DNA from: Deltaproteobacteria bacterium | GTDB taxonomy: Bacteria > Myxococcota_A > Polyangia > Polyangiales > Houyiibacteriaceae | Assembly: GCA_027295555.1 (NCBI GenBank) | Contig: JAPUKT010000222.1 | Location: forward strand, 1 to 30,978 | Length of the DNA: 30,978 nt | Direction of reading: 5' to 3' | Shown here: piece after piece, positions 16,258-25,380 of the stretch | Layout of the letters: every line of letters starts with the position of its first letter | Numbering within the stretch: the stretch's first letter is position 1 | Made by a program: the position numbers and the translations under genes | Notes under the pieces: generated by a model | What the model was told of the DNA's origin: nothing | The model's database searches: none | What the model saw: the letters and a program-made list of their open reading frames with translations, nothing else

Positions 16258-17198
16258 GAGGCGAATGACTGCGTTGCGGCCACGAGGTGAGCGGCGATGC
16301 CCTGCTCTAGGGCGGAGTGGCCCGCGTCGGGGACCACCTGGAGTTGGCTGTTGGGCCACACGCGGTGAAGGTCATAGGCGCTTTCGGCAGGGCAGACGAC
16401 GTCGTAGCGACCTTGAACGATGATCGCGGGGAGATGTTGGATGCGCGCGATGTTCTTGAGGAGCTGCCCATCTTCTTGGAAGAAGCCACCGTTGATGAAG
16501 TAGTGGCATTCGATGCGCGCGAAGGCCTCGGCGAACTGGTCTTCGCCAGTTCGTTCGATGAGTTCGGGGTCCGGGATGAGGCGGCTCGTGCTGCCTTCCC
16601 ACGTGCTCCATGCGCGCGCAGCGGCCATTCGAACGTCGCGATCGCTGCTCGTGAGTCGTTTGTAGTAAGCTCCCACCATGTCGTCCCGCTCCCCGATGGG
16701 AATCGGGGCGAGATACTCCTGCCAAGCCTCGGGGAAGATTCGGCTGGCTCCCTCTTGGTAGTACCAAAGAATCTCGCGCCGCCTCAGGAGGAAGATGCCT
16801 CGCAACACGAGCTCGGTGACGCGGTCCGGATGCTGCTGCGCATAGGCCAGCGACAAGGTGCTGCCCCAGGAGCCGCCGAAGAGCTGCCAACGGTTGATTC
16901 CCAGGTGCTCGCGGATCCGTTCCATGTCGTCGACCAGGTCCCAGGTCGTGTTGTTTCGAAGCTCAGCATGCGGGGTACTGCGTCTGCACCCGCGCTGGTC
17001 GAACAGGACGATGCGATAGTCCGAGGGGTCCCAGAAGCGCCGGTGTACCGAGTTGCAGCCCCCGCCCGGGCCTCCATGAACGAAGATCGCGGGCTTCCCT
17101 TCCGGATTGCCGCATTGCTCGTAGTAGACCGAGTGGACTTTATCGACGCGGAGAGACCCGGAGTCGTAAGGCTCGATTTCGGGAAATAACCCTGACAT
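16254..17198 (-). CDS. pip: Proline iminopeptidase (S33)
   Basis: LFPEIEPY, HGGPGGG, FDQRGC, FGGSWGS (nucleophile), GRYDVVCP and AGHS motifs. Start MSGLFP at 17198. Confidence 0.95.
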   Translation of the reverse strand: MSGLFPEIEPYDSGSLRVDKVHSVYYEQCGNPEGKPAIFVHGGPGGGCNSVHRRFWDPSDYRIVLFDQRGCRRSTPHAELRNNTTWDLVDDMERIREHLGINRWQLFGGSWGSTLSLAYAQQHPDRVTELVLRGIFLLRRREILWYYQEGASRIFPEAWQEYLAPIPIGERDDMVGAYYKRLTSSDRDVRMAAARAWSTWEGSTSRLIPDPELIERTGEDQFAEAFARIECHYFINGGFFQEDGQLLKNIARIQHLPAIIVQGRYDVVCPAESAYDLHRVWPNSQLQVVPDAGHSALEQGIAAHLVAATQSFAS

Positions 17199-17270
17199 TG
17201 CCGAGCGCGCATCACAGCACGTTCGCGGACTGGCGCAACCGAGGACAATGACTATCCTGGCGCCCGGGCC

Positions 17271-18863
17271 ATGACCCAAACCGAATTCGAACGACGCCGC
17301 ACATTTGCGATCATCTCGCACCCGGACGCTGGCAAGACGACTTTGACCGAGAAACTTCTGCTCTACGGTGGAGCTATCCATGCGGCCGGCGCGGTCAAAT
17401 CCCGCAAAGCCAAGCGCTCCACGGTCAGCGATTGGATGGCCATCGAGAAGCAACGTGGGATTACGGTCACGACATCGGTGCTACAGTTCGAGTACGACGA
17501 CGTACGCTGGAACCTCCTCGACACGCCCGGCCACAACGACTTCAGCGAGGACACCTATCGGACGCTGATGGCGGCGGATTGCGGAATCATGATTCTCGAT
17601 GCGGCCAAGGGGGTGGAGCCTCAGACCCGAAAGCTCTTCCACGTGTGTCGCGTTCGCCAGACACCGGTCGTCACCTTCATCAACAAGATGGACCGTCCGG
17701 CGCGGGACGCGTTCGCGCTCATGAGCCAGGTGGAGGAAGTCCTCGGGGTGAATACGGTTCCGTTCACGTGGCCCATCGGGAGCGGCGATCTCTTTCAGGG
17801 TGTCTACGACCGCATCAACAAGCTGGTCATCCGGTTTGAGCACTCCGCAGAGGGTCAGGCGAAGCGTGCGGAGATGCAGGTGACCGGGCTCGACGATCCG
17901 AAGCTCAATTCGCTCCTCGGCGAGGAGGCGGTTGCAACGCTTCGCGAAGAGGTTGAGCTGCTCGACGGTGCGGGGGAAGACTGGGACGAGGAGAGATTCT
18001 TGGCCGGGGAGATCACCCCTGTCTTTTTCGGGAGCGCCCTGACCAACTTCGGGGTCGAGCCGTTTCTTCAGTCGTTCAAGGGGCTTTGTCCGCCTCCGGG
18101 GCCCCGGCAGGCCGCGGGTGACGTTAGCGTCGATCCCTCCGACGACCGCTTCAGCGCATTCGTCTTCAAAGTCCAGGCCAACATGGACCCTTTGCACCGA
18201 GACCGAGTCGCGTTCGCACGAATCTGTTCCGGGCGCTTCGAGGGTGGAATGCGGGTCCATCACTTTCGCCTGGGGAAGGCGATTCGGCTCAACCGAGCCC
18301 AGCAGTTCTTTGCGCAAGAGCGGGAGAGCGTCCTCGAAGCCTACGCCGGCGATATCGTGGGCCTCTACGACCCCGGCCTGTTCCGTATCGGGGATACGCT
18401 TTCGACCGACGGTCCGATGAGCTTCGATGCCGTCCCGCAATTTTCACCGGAGCATTTCGCTCGGCTGCAGCTCCTCGACCCGCTCAAACGCAAGCAGCTT
18501 CAAAAGGGCATCCGCGAGCTTTCCGAAGAGGGAACCGTCCAGCTATTCACCGAGCCGGGACGAGAGAAGGATCCCGTCTGCGGGGTCGTGGGCCGGCTCC
18601 AATTCGACGTCCTGATCTTCCGACTGGAACACGAGTATGGCGCGAAGGTCGCATTCGACCTGCTCCCCTACCAGTACGCTCGTTGGGTGGATGGGGTAGT
18701 CGGGTGTGACGAGCTGAAGGCGAGGCGGATTCCCATGGCGGTGCTGGACCGGGACAACCGCCCGGTAGCGCTTTTTCGGGACGAATGGGAGCTCCAGAGA
18801 GCCGAGCGCGACAACGAGAACTGGACGTTCCACGAGACGGCCCCAATAGTGGCCGCAGCTTGA
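17271..18863 (+). CDS. prfC: Peptide chain release factor 3
   Basis: RRRTFAIISHPDAGKTTLTEKLLLYGGAI, SDWMAIEKQRGI, DTPGHNDFSEDTYR, NKMD, GSAL and GVVGRLQFDVL motifs. Confidence 0.96.
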   Translation: MTQTEFERRRTFAIISHPDAGKTTLTEKLLLYGGAIHAAGAVKSRKAKRSTVSDWMAIEKQRGITVTTSVLQFEYDDVRWNLLDTPGHNDFSEDTYRTLMAADCGIMILDAAKGVEPQTRKLFHVCRVRQTPVVTFINKMDRPARDAFALMSQVEEVLGVNTVPFTWPIGSGDLFQGVYDRINKLVIRFEHSAEGQAKRAEMQVTGLDDPKLNSLLGEEAVATLREEVELLDGAGEDWDEERFLAGEITPVFFGSALTNFGVEPFLQSFKGLCPPPGPRQAAGDVSVDPSDDRFSAFVFKVQANMDPLHRDRVAFARICSGRFEGGMRVHHFRLGKAIRLNRAQQFFAQERESVLEAYAGDIVGLYDPGLFRIGDTLSTDGPMSFDAVPQFSPEHFARLQLLDPLKRKQLQKGIRELSEEGTVQLFTEPGREKDPVCGVVGRLQFDVLIFRLEHEYGAKVAFDLLPYQYARWVDGVVGCDELKARRIPMAVLDRDNRPVALFRDEWELQRAERDNENWTFHETAPIVAAA

Positions 18864-18926
18864 ATAGCGGGGAAGTAACCCACGTCCTAGAATGTCTGGA
18901 GAGATTAGAATGAGGAGAAGAGCGGC

Positions 18927-19550
18927 ATGATTAGGAAGACCAGCAAGGTCGCTTTTATCTTGGCAGTTTGCTTGGCGACCCCAGCGATCTCGCAAGCCGA
19001 CGCCACCGAGTTCCGAGTGCACAACGGCAAGGCCACCTTCGTTTCAGACGCACCGCTCGAGACGATGACGGGAACCACCGCGGAGGTGACCGGGACCGTG
19101 ACATTCGATCCGGCTGATATCTCGACCACGAAAGGTACGTTCAAGGTGCCGGTCGTCTCGATGCGGACCGGCAACGACCTGCGCGACGAGCATCTCCAAA
19201 GCGACAGCTGGCTCGATGCAAAGAAGAACCCGCACATCATTTTCGAGATTATGGAAGTGAGCGGCGCGGAGTCGCTCAAGCCCAAGAAAAACACCAAGGT
19301 CAAGGTGAAGGGGAAGTTCACGGTACATGGCGTCACGAAAATCGTCGAGGCCAAGGGGACCGTGAAATGGACCCCGGCTGACGGGGGCAAGGACGACCTC
19401 CGCATCAAGGTCAAGTTCACTGCCAAGCTCGAAGACCACGGCGTGTCGGTGCCGTCGATCGTGCGACTCAAAATGGCGAACGAGATTACCGTGTCGATCG
19501 ATCTTCGAGCACGCGCCGATGTCGCGGCGGCACACAGCGTCTCGCGCTGA
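18927..19550 (+). CDS. YceI family (polyisoprenoid/lipid-binding) periplasmic protein
   Basis: Signal peptide; FVSDAPLE, TGNDLRDEHLQSDSWLDA, P.I.F and G..TVHGVTK motifs. Confidence 0.85.
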   Translation: MIRKTSKVAFILAVCLATPAISQADATEFRVHNGKATFVSDAPLETMTGTTAEVTGTVTFDPADISTTKGTFKVPVVSMRTGNDLRDEHLQSDSWLDAKKNPHIIFEIMEVSGAESLKPKKNTKVKVKGKFTVHGVTKIVEAKGTVKWTPADGGKDDLRIKVKFTAKLEDHGVSVPSIVRLKMANEITVSIDLRARADVAAAHSVSR

Positions 19551-19568
19551 GGGCCCTGATCTAGAACG

Positions 19569-19598
19569 TAGTGTGCAAGCGAAAAGATCCGCACACTA
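19569..19598. terminator. Hairpin between convergent yceI-like and oligopeptidase genes (possible bidirectional terminator)
   Basis: TAGTGTGC-14 nt-GCACACTA perfect 8-bp inverted repeat; no strong U-tract. Confidence 0.4.
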
Positions 19599-21623
19599 GA
19601 GTAGGCCAGCGCGCTCGAGCAGTGGCTCTAGCTCTGGGCCACGCCCCATGAACCTCTCGTAGAGCTTGGCGGCCTCCTCGCTGTTGCCTTTTGCCAAGAT
19701 CGTGTCGCGAAACGCGCGGCCGACGGCGGGATTCGTGATGCCTTCGTTCTTGAAACGGGTAAACGCGTCCGCGTCGAGGACTTCCGCCCACTTGTAGCTG
19801 TAGTAACCCGCGGCGTAGCCGACGGGGTGCGCGAAAATGTGCGCAAAGCCAGCAAGCATTCCGTAGTCGTCCGGGAGCTCCGATGCCGAGTGTGCCTGGA
19901 GGATCTCCCTCCCGTAGGCCATCACGTCGGCTCCACTTCCCGGCTCGTAGTCGCGGTGGAGCGCCAGGTCGACCGTGGCGAACCCGAGTTGACGCATCTG
20001 CGCGTTGGCCGCGCGGTACGTTCGGGCACGAATCATCTTGTCGTAGAGCTCCTCCGGAATGGGCTCGCCGGTCTCATGCTGCGCGGCGAACAAGTCGAGC
20101 CCGCTTCTTTCCCAGCACCAGTTTTCCATGATCTGAGAAGGGAGCTCGACGAAGTCCCACGCCACGTTGGTGCCGGCCAAGCTCCGGACGCTCACCCGGC
20201 TGAAGCAATGGTGAAGCAAGTGGCCGAACTCGTGAAAGAGCGTCTCGACCTCTCGGTGGGTCAAAAGCGCGGGCTTGCCGCCGACCGGCGGATTCACGTT
20301 GGCGCAGAACAAGGCAAGGTGCGGCGACGCGTGATCTGGTCGATACGCGGCGGCGATGAGGCCGTTCATCCAGGCTCCGCCTCGCTTGTTTTCGCGGGGA
20401 AACAAGTCGACGTAGAAGGCCGCGATCATCGTGCCGTCGGCGTCTTCGATCGCGTAGGTTTTCACCGCTTCGTCCCAGGTTGCCGCCTCGCGTTCGACGA
20501 TTCGAATCTCGTAAAGCGCCTGCGCAGTCGCAAATAAACCATCGAGAACACGGTCGAGCGGGAAATACGGCCGCAGCTCTTCTTCGTTGAAATCGTACTC
20601 GTCTTGTCTTTGCTTCTCGGCGTAGTAGGCGACGTCCCAGGGTCGGATGGTGGCGGCGTCCGCGCTCTCGATCTTCCGTCGGTACTCCGTGAGCGTAGCG
20701 TTTTCGCGATCGAAAGCCGCTTGGGTCTTCGCGCGGAGGTCGTCGATGAACGCCCGCGCCTTGGCGCCCGTTTTGGCCATCCGGTCCTCTGCGACGAGGT
20801 CCGAGAAGTCGGTGTAACCGAGAAGCTTTGCCTTCGCTTTGCGAAGCTCGATAATGCGCTCGATGATCGGACGGTTGTCGCGGTCCCCCGCGATCGCGCG
20901 AGCGTTGTAGGCTCGCCAGACGTGCTCACGGACCTCGGCGTCGTCGAGGTAGGTGAGCAGCGGGATCATGCTCGGCGCTTGCAGGGTGAACCGCCAGCCT
21001 CGGAAGCCCTTGGCGTGGGCGTTTTCCGCCGCGGCGAGCTTGGCGGTCTCCGGCAAGCCCTCGAGCTTGGCTTCATCGGTGATCACGAGCTCGAAGGCGT
21101 TGGTTTCGTCGAGCAGGTTCTGGGAGAACTCGGTGGTGAGCTTCGTCAGCTCGACCTCGATCGCTTGGAGCTTCGCTTTGTCTTCGGGGCTGAGCTCGGC
21201 CCCGTGCCGCCGAAAGTCGTCGAGGGTCTTTTTCAGAAACCGCGCTTCGGTCGGCGGAAGGTTCCTGGCTTCTTCGGTGTCGGCAAACGTGCGAACGGCT
21301 TGGTACAGGCCATCGTTCATGGCGAGCTCGGACCAAAATGCACTCACCTTCGGTCGCGTGGCGTTGTACGCCTCTCGAAGCGCATCGGTCGTGGCGACAC
21401 TCTCCAAATGATCGATGACCGTCATGACGAGCTCGAGACGCTCAGTGGCGTCCTCGAGTGCGCCAAGTGTGTTGGCATAGGTGCGAGGTCCAGAGTCTTC
21501 GATGACTGCATCGCCCGCGCGCTTCGACGACGCCAGTAGCGCGTCGATGGCGGGCTCTACATGCGCCGCCTCGATCTGGTCGAAGGGGATGTCGAAATCG
21601 AGTTGGATCAACGGGTTCGCCAT
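19596..21623 (-). CDS. prlC: Oligopeptidase A (M3A metallopeptidase)
   Basis: MANPL start; RENKRGGAWM; zinc motif HEFGH; WDFVELPSQIMENWCW and YAAGYYSYKWAEVLDADAF. Confidence 0.92.
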   Translation of the reverse strand: MANPLIQLDFDIPFDQIEAAHVEPAIDALLASSKRAGDAVIEDSGPRTYANTLGALEDATERLELVMTVIDHLESVATTDALREAYNATRPKVSAFWSELAMNDGLYQAVRTFADTEEARNLPPTEARFLKKTLDDFRRHGAELSPEDKAKLQAIEVELTKLTTEFSQNLLDETNAFELVITDEAKLEGLPETAKLAAAENAHAKGFRGWRFTLQAPSMIPLLTYLDDAEVREHVWRAYNARAIAGDRDNRPIIERIIELRKAKAKLLGYTDFSDLVAEDRMAKTGAKARAFIDDLRAKTQAAFDRENATLTEYRRKIESADAATIRPWDVAYYAEKQRQDEYDFNEEELRPYFPLDRVLDGLFATAQALYEIRIVEREAATWDEAVKTYAIEDADGTMIAAFYVDLFPRENKRGGAWMNGLIAAAYRPDHASPHLALFCANVNPPVGGKPALLTHREVETLFHEFGHLLHHCFSRVSVRSLAGTNVAWDFVELPSQIMENWCWERSGLDLFAAQHETGEPIPEELYDKMIRARTYRAANAQMRQLGFATVDLALHRDYEPGSGADVMAYGREILQAHSASELPDDYGMLAGFAHIFAHPVGYAAGYYSYKWAEVLDADAFTRFKNEGITNPAVGRAFRDTILAKGNSEEAAKLYERFMGRGPELEPLLERAGLL

Positions 21624-21734
21624 GGTGGGAGCCTAGCAGCGCTTGACTGGTTTGCGCCGCTGTCACCCGAATGGTAGACAGCCTCTTTCCCGACGGTAGG
21701 CTTCCCAGCGTACTGACGACCCGGGAGAATCGAC

Positions 21735-22634
21735 ATGGCGGTACCTGCGCGTTACATCCTCCACCAGGGGCCGACGATCGGTGCGATCGCACGTGCTGCT
21801 TGGGTTTCCGCGAAGAGCGCTTCGGGCCGGCCAAACCGCCCCCCGACGCAGATCCCGGGCCCTGAGATTTCGGCGACGATTTCACCGCGGCCCAAAGATC
21901 TCGTTCGCGACTATGTCCGACACGTGGGTGGGGACCCCAACGCGTACCGAGGTCAGGTCCCCGCGCACCTCTTCCCGCAATGGATTTTTCCTCTCCAGTC
22001 TCGCGGGCTCGAAGATATTCAGTACCCGATTCAGCGCGTGCTCAATGGCGGCTGCCGACTCGAGATCAACGCCCCTCTGCCCCTGGGCGAGTCGTTCGAC
22101 GCGACCGTGCGCCTCGAGGACATCGACGACAACGGGCGACGTGCGGTGATCCATCAACGCGCGGTTACCGCGACCTCGCGTTACCCCGAGGCGATCGTAG
22201 CCTATGTCTACGGCATCGTCCCTCTCGGCGGCGGCGACAAGGACAAGTCGAAGCGAAAAGATGACCGGCCGCGCGTTCCCAACGAGGTCAAGGAGCTTGC
22301 ACGTTGGGACCTCGGGCCCAAGGCGGGCTTCGAGTTCGCGAAGCTCACCGGTGACTTCAATCCGATCCATTGGATTCCTCCCGCTGCGCGCGCCGCCGGT
22401 TTTCGCAACGTCATCCTTCACGGTTTCTCCACCATGGCGCGCGCCATCGAGGGGCTCAATCGCACTTTGTTTGCGGGCGACGTCAGTCAGCTCGTCGCAA
22501 TCGACGTGAAGTTCACGCGGCCTCTCCTGCTTCCGGCCCGAGTGGGCCTCTACATCGAAGGCGATCGCGTCTTCGTCGGGGACGCGCCGGGCGGCCCCGC
22601 GTACCTGGTTGGAACCTATTCAGTGAGGAGCTGA
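21735..22634 (+). CDS. MaoC-like double-hotdog (R)-enoyl-CoA hydratase / 3-hydroxyacyl-thioester dehydratase (HtdX-like)
   Basis: Hydratase-2 motif LTGDFNPIHW....AGF..VILHG; VKFTRPLLLP. Confidence 0.85.
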   Translation: MAVPARYILHQGPTIGAIARAAWVSAKSASGRPNRPPTQIPGPEISATISPRPKDLVRDYVRHVGGDPNAYRGQVPAHLFPQWIFPLQSRGLEDIQYPIQRVLNGGCRLEINAPLPLGESFDATVRLEDIDDNGRRAVIHQRAVTATSRYPEAIVAYVYGIVPLGGGDKDKSKRKDDRPRVPNEVKELARWDLGPKAGFEFAKLTGDFNPIHWIPPAARAAGFRNVILHGFSTMARAIEGLNRTLFAGDVSQLVAIDVKFTRPLLLPARVGLYIEGDRVFVGDAPGGPAYLVGTYSVRS

Positions 22635-22640
22635 AGGCAA

Positions 22641-24065
22641 ATGACGGATCTGTTGCTCGAGAATGAGCAGGCACGAAGAATCATCAAGACCTTGGGACTG
22701 CCGATCCCAGTGCCCGAGCGGCTTGCGCGCGCCGAGGGCCCCTACGAAGAGCGTCCCCTCGAGAACAAGCGAGTTCTCGTCGGTGGGCGCGGCGCCTTGC
22801 AAGATGTGCTTGCGCAAACGCTCGCCAGGGCCGGAGCCAATCCGTGGGTAGTCGGCGAAACCGACTCGGTATTGGAGCCCTATCACGCGCCCGGAGAGGC
22901 GTGGGCCCGACCTCCAACGCGTGTCGAGCCGGGCGAGGCTCCCGAGGGAGAGCGGATCGATGCCATCGTGTTCGATGGGACTAGGCTTCAGTCGCCTGAC
23001 GATCTGCGAGAGCTCTACGACGTCATGCACCCTTGGATCCGTCGCTTGAACCGGTGCGGTCGGGTCGTCGTCATCGGCCGACCGGCCGGCGATGCGAAGA
23101 AAGCGGGTCGTGCCGCGACCCGCGCGGGCCTGGAAGGGTTCACGCGAAGCGTCGCCAAAGAGATCGGCGGCAGTGGCGCCACCGCGAACAGCGTGTTCGT
23201 CGAGGAGGGCGCCGAGGGCCGGCTCGAGCCGGTGCTGCGCTTCTTGCTGTCGCCGAGGTCCGCGTTCGTCAGCTGCCAGCCGTTTCACGTCACCAATCTC
23301 GCCAAAGGCGACGAGGTGCCCGACACCCAACCGCTCGCGGGGAAAGTCGCGTTGGTCACGGGAGCAGCGCGCGGGATCGGGGAGGCTACCGCGGGGCTCA
23401 TGGCGGCCGAAGGGGCACACGTAGTCTGTCTCGACCGCCCTGCGGACGATCGTCCATGTAGCGAGGTCGCCCGGCGTATCGGCGGTTCGGTTCTTCTGGT
23501 CGACATCACCGACGAAGACGCCCCCGCCCGAATTGCTGCTGAGCTTGGCGAGAAGTTCAGCGGGGTCGATATCGTGGTCCACAACGCAGGCGTCACGCGC
23601 GACAAGACCCTTGCTCGCATGAAGCCGGATGCGTGGGAGATGGCGGTCGACATCAACCTTGGCGCGGTGGTTCGCATCACCGACGAGCTCCTGTCTGAAG
23701 AGCTCCTGCGACAGGGTGGGCGCATCATTTGCCTCTCGTCGGTTTCTGGCATTGCGGGCAATCGTGGTCAGACCAACTACTCGGCGAGCAAGGCCGGTAT
23801 CGTTGGCTTCGTCGCAGCCCTGGCGCCACAGGTGGCGAAGCGTGGAATCACCGTCAACGCGATCGCCCCCGGTTTCATCGAGACCCGCCTTACGTCGGCG
23901 ATGCCGATCGCGATCCGAGAAGCCGCACGGCGGCTGAGCGCAGTCGGGCAGGGCGGCAAACCCGAGGACGTCGGCCAAACCATCACGTTTCTCTCGACCC
24001 CCGGCGCCGTGGGTCTTACCGGGCAAACGGTTCGCGTCTGCGGCGGCGCCTTGGCAGGAGCATAG
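22641..24065 (+). CDS. High-molecular-weight 3-oxoacyl-(ACP/CoA) reductase (FabG4-like)
   Basis: Degenerate N-terminal domain with GFTRSVAKE and SPRSAFVS; C-terminal SDR with TGAARGIG, HNAGVTRDKTL, YSASK and APGFIET. Confidence 0.88.
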   Translation: MTDLLLENEQARRIIKTLGLPIPVPERLARAEGPYEERPLENKRVLVGGRGALQDVLAQTLARAGANPWVVGETDSVLEPYHAPGEAWARPPTRVEPGEAPEGERIDAIVFDGTRLQSPDDLRELYDVMHPWIRRLNRCGRVVVIGRPAGDAKKAGRAATRAGLEGFTRSVAKEIGGSGATANSVFVEEGAEGRLEPVLRFLLSPRSAFVSCQPFHVTNLAKGDEVPDTQPLAGKVALVTGAARGIGEATAGLMAAEGAHVVCLDRPADDRPCSEVARRIGGSVLLVDITDEDAPARIAAELGEKFSGVDIVVHNAGVTRDKTLARMKPDAWEMAVDINLGAVVRITDELLSEELLRQGGRIICLSSVSGIAGNRGQTNYSASKAGIVGFVAALAPQVAKRGITVNAIAPGFIETRLTSAMPIAIREAARRLSAVGQGGKPEDVGQTITFLSTPGAVGLTGQTVRVCGGALAGA

Positions 24066-24067
24066 CG

Positions 24068-25378
24068 ATGGCCAAAAAGAAGAATGGTTGGGGGAAAACG
24101 CAGCGCGCCGTGATCATCCGCGGTGTCCGCACACCTTTCGTCAAAGCCTTCGGGAAGTTCCTCAAATTGGACTCGATCGATCTTGCCGACGTTGCGGTGA
24201 AAGCGCTCCTCGATCGCACCGAAGTCCCCCACGAAGACATCGACAGCATCGTGTGGGGTGCCGTGATCTTCCCATCGCTCGCGCCGAACATCGCGCGTGA
24301 GGTCGCGTTGGACCTTCGCTTGCCGTCGAGCGTGGAGGGTATGACGTGCACCCGCGCGTGTGCGAGCGGGCTTCAGGCGGTCACCCTTGCCGCGGCCGCC
24401 ATCGAGCGCGGAGAAGCCGATGTCGTGATTGCCGGTGGCTCCGACTCCACCAGCAATGCGCCCCTCAATCTGCCTCAGAAGGCCGTTCATGCGCTGGCCC
24501 CGCTGGCTTTTGGTAAGGCCTCTTCGCCCTCCGATTATCTGTCGGTGCTCGCGCAGATGATGCCGATCAGCGACATTCTTCCGAAGATGCCAAAGATCGC
24601 CGAGCGGACGACCGGTCAGGTGATGGGCGAGTCGGCCGAAGGGATGGCCCGGCGCAATGGGATCACGCGAGAGGCGCAGGACCACTTCGCCGAACGGTCC
24701 CACCATCGGGCCGCGGCGGCGATCAGCTCGGGCCGCTTCGATGACGAAGTCACCCCGGTCGACTCGCTCGGGGGCGCGGTTTACGCCGACAACATCGTGC
24801 GAGGGGATACGAGCTTCGAAAAGCTGTCGAAGCTCCGCCCCGTGTTCGCGAGCGATGGCACGGTCACGGCGGGCAATGCATCGCCCCTGACCGACGGAGC
24901 GGCTGCGGTGCTGCTGATGAGCGAAAGCAAGGCGAAGGCGCTCGGCTACAAACCGCTCGCCGCAATCCGCAGTTGGGCCTACGTCGGTGTGGATCCCGCT
25001 GACCAACTGTTGATCGGTCCTGCCCTGGCCATACCGAAGGCGCTTGACCGTGCTGGGATGGAGCTCAAGGATGCGAGCTTCGTCGATATGCACGAGGCAT
25101 TCGCGGCCCAGGTGCTCTCAGTCACGAAAGCGCTCGGAAGCAAGGGGTTCGCCGAGGCCCGGCTCGGAAAGAACAAAGCGGTCGGTGAGGTCGACGAGGA
25201 CAGCTTCAACATCTACGGCGGTTCGATTTCGATTGGCCACCCGTTCGGGGCGACCGGCGCCCGCATGGTGACCACCATGGCCAACGAGCTCGCTAGGAGC
25301 GGGCAGGAGACGGCCCTTCTCGGGATTTGTGCGGCAGGCGGCCTCGGCGCCGCGGCGGTGCTCGAAGCGGTCACCTGA
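24068..25378 (+). CDS. Acetyl-CoA C-acyltransferase (thiolase; FadI/TFE-beta/FadA2-like)
   Basis: VRTPF, RACASG (catalytic Cys), GNASPLTDGAAA, DMHEAFAAQ, GHPFGATG and ICAAGG. Start MAKKKNG at 24068. Confidence 0.92.
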   Translation: MAKKKNGWGKTQRAVIIRGVRTPFVKAFGKFLKLDSIDLADVAVKALLDRTEVPHEDIDSIVWGAVIFPSLAPNIAREVALDLRLPSSVEGMTCTRACASGLQAVTLAAAAIERGEADVVIAGGSDSTSNAPLNLPQKAVHALAPLAFGKASSPSDYLSVLAQMMPISDILPKMPKIAERTTGQVMGESAEGMARRNGITREAQDHFAERSHHRAAAAISSGRFDDEVTPVDSLGGAVYADNIVRGDTSFEKLSKLRPVFASDGTVTAGNASPLTDGAAAVLLMSESKAKALGYKPLAAIRSWAYVGVDPADQLLIGPALAIPKALDRAGMELKDASFVDMHEAFAAQVLSVTKALGSKGFAEARLGKNKAVGEVDEDSFNIYGGSISIGHPFGATGARMVTTMANELARSGQETALLGICAAGGLGAAAVLEAVT

Positions 25379-25380
25379 GC

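Noticed and set aside
17271-18863. Recoding signals (programmed frameshift, Sec/Pyl readthrough) in RF3 or other genes
   Set aside because: All ORFs are intact and full-length; no in-frame stops or split genes were seen.
22620-24026. 468-aa antisense ORF over the FabG4-like gene
   Set aside because: Typical shadow ORF opposite a high-GC SDR gene; no recognisable motifs.
23777-25093. 438-aa antisense ORF over the thiolase, plus the 23729 upstream extension of the thiolase ORF
   Set aside because: Shadow frame. The extension overlaps FabG4; the real start is the ATG at 24068.
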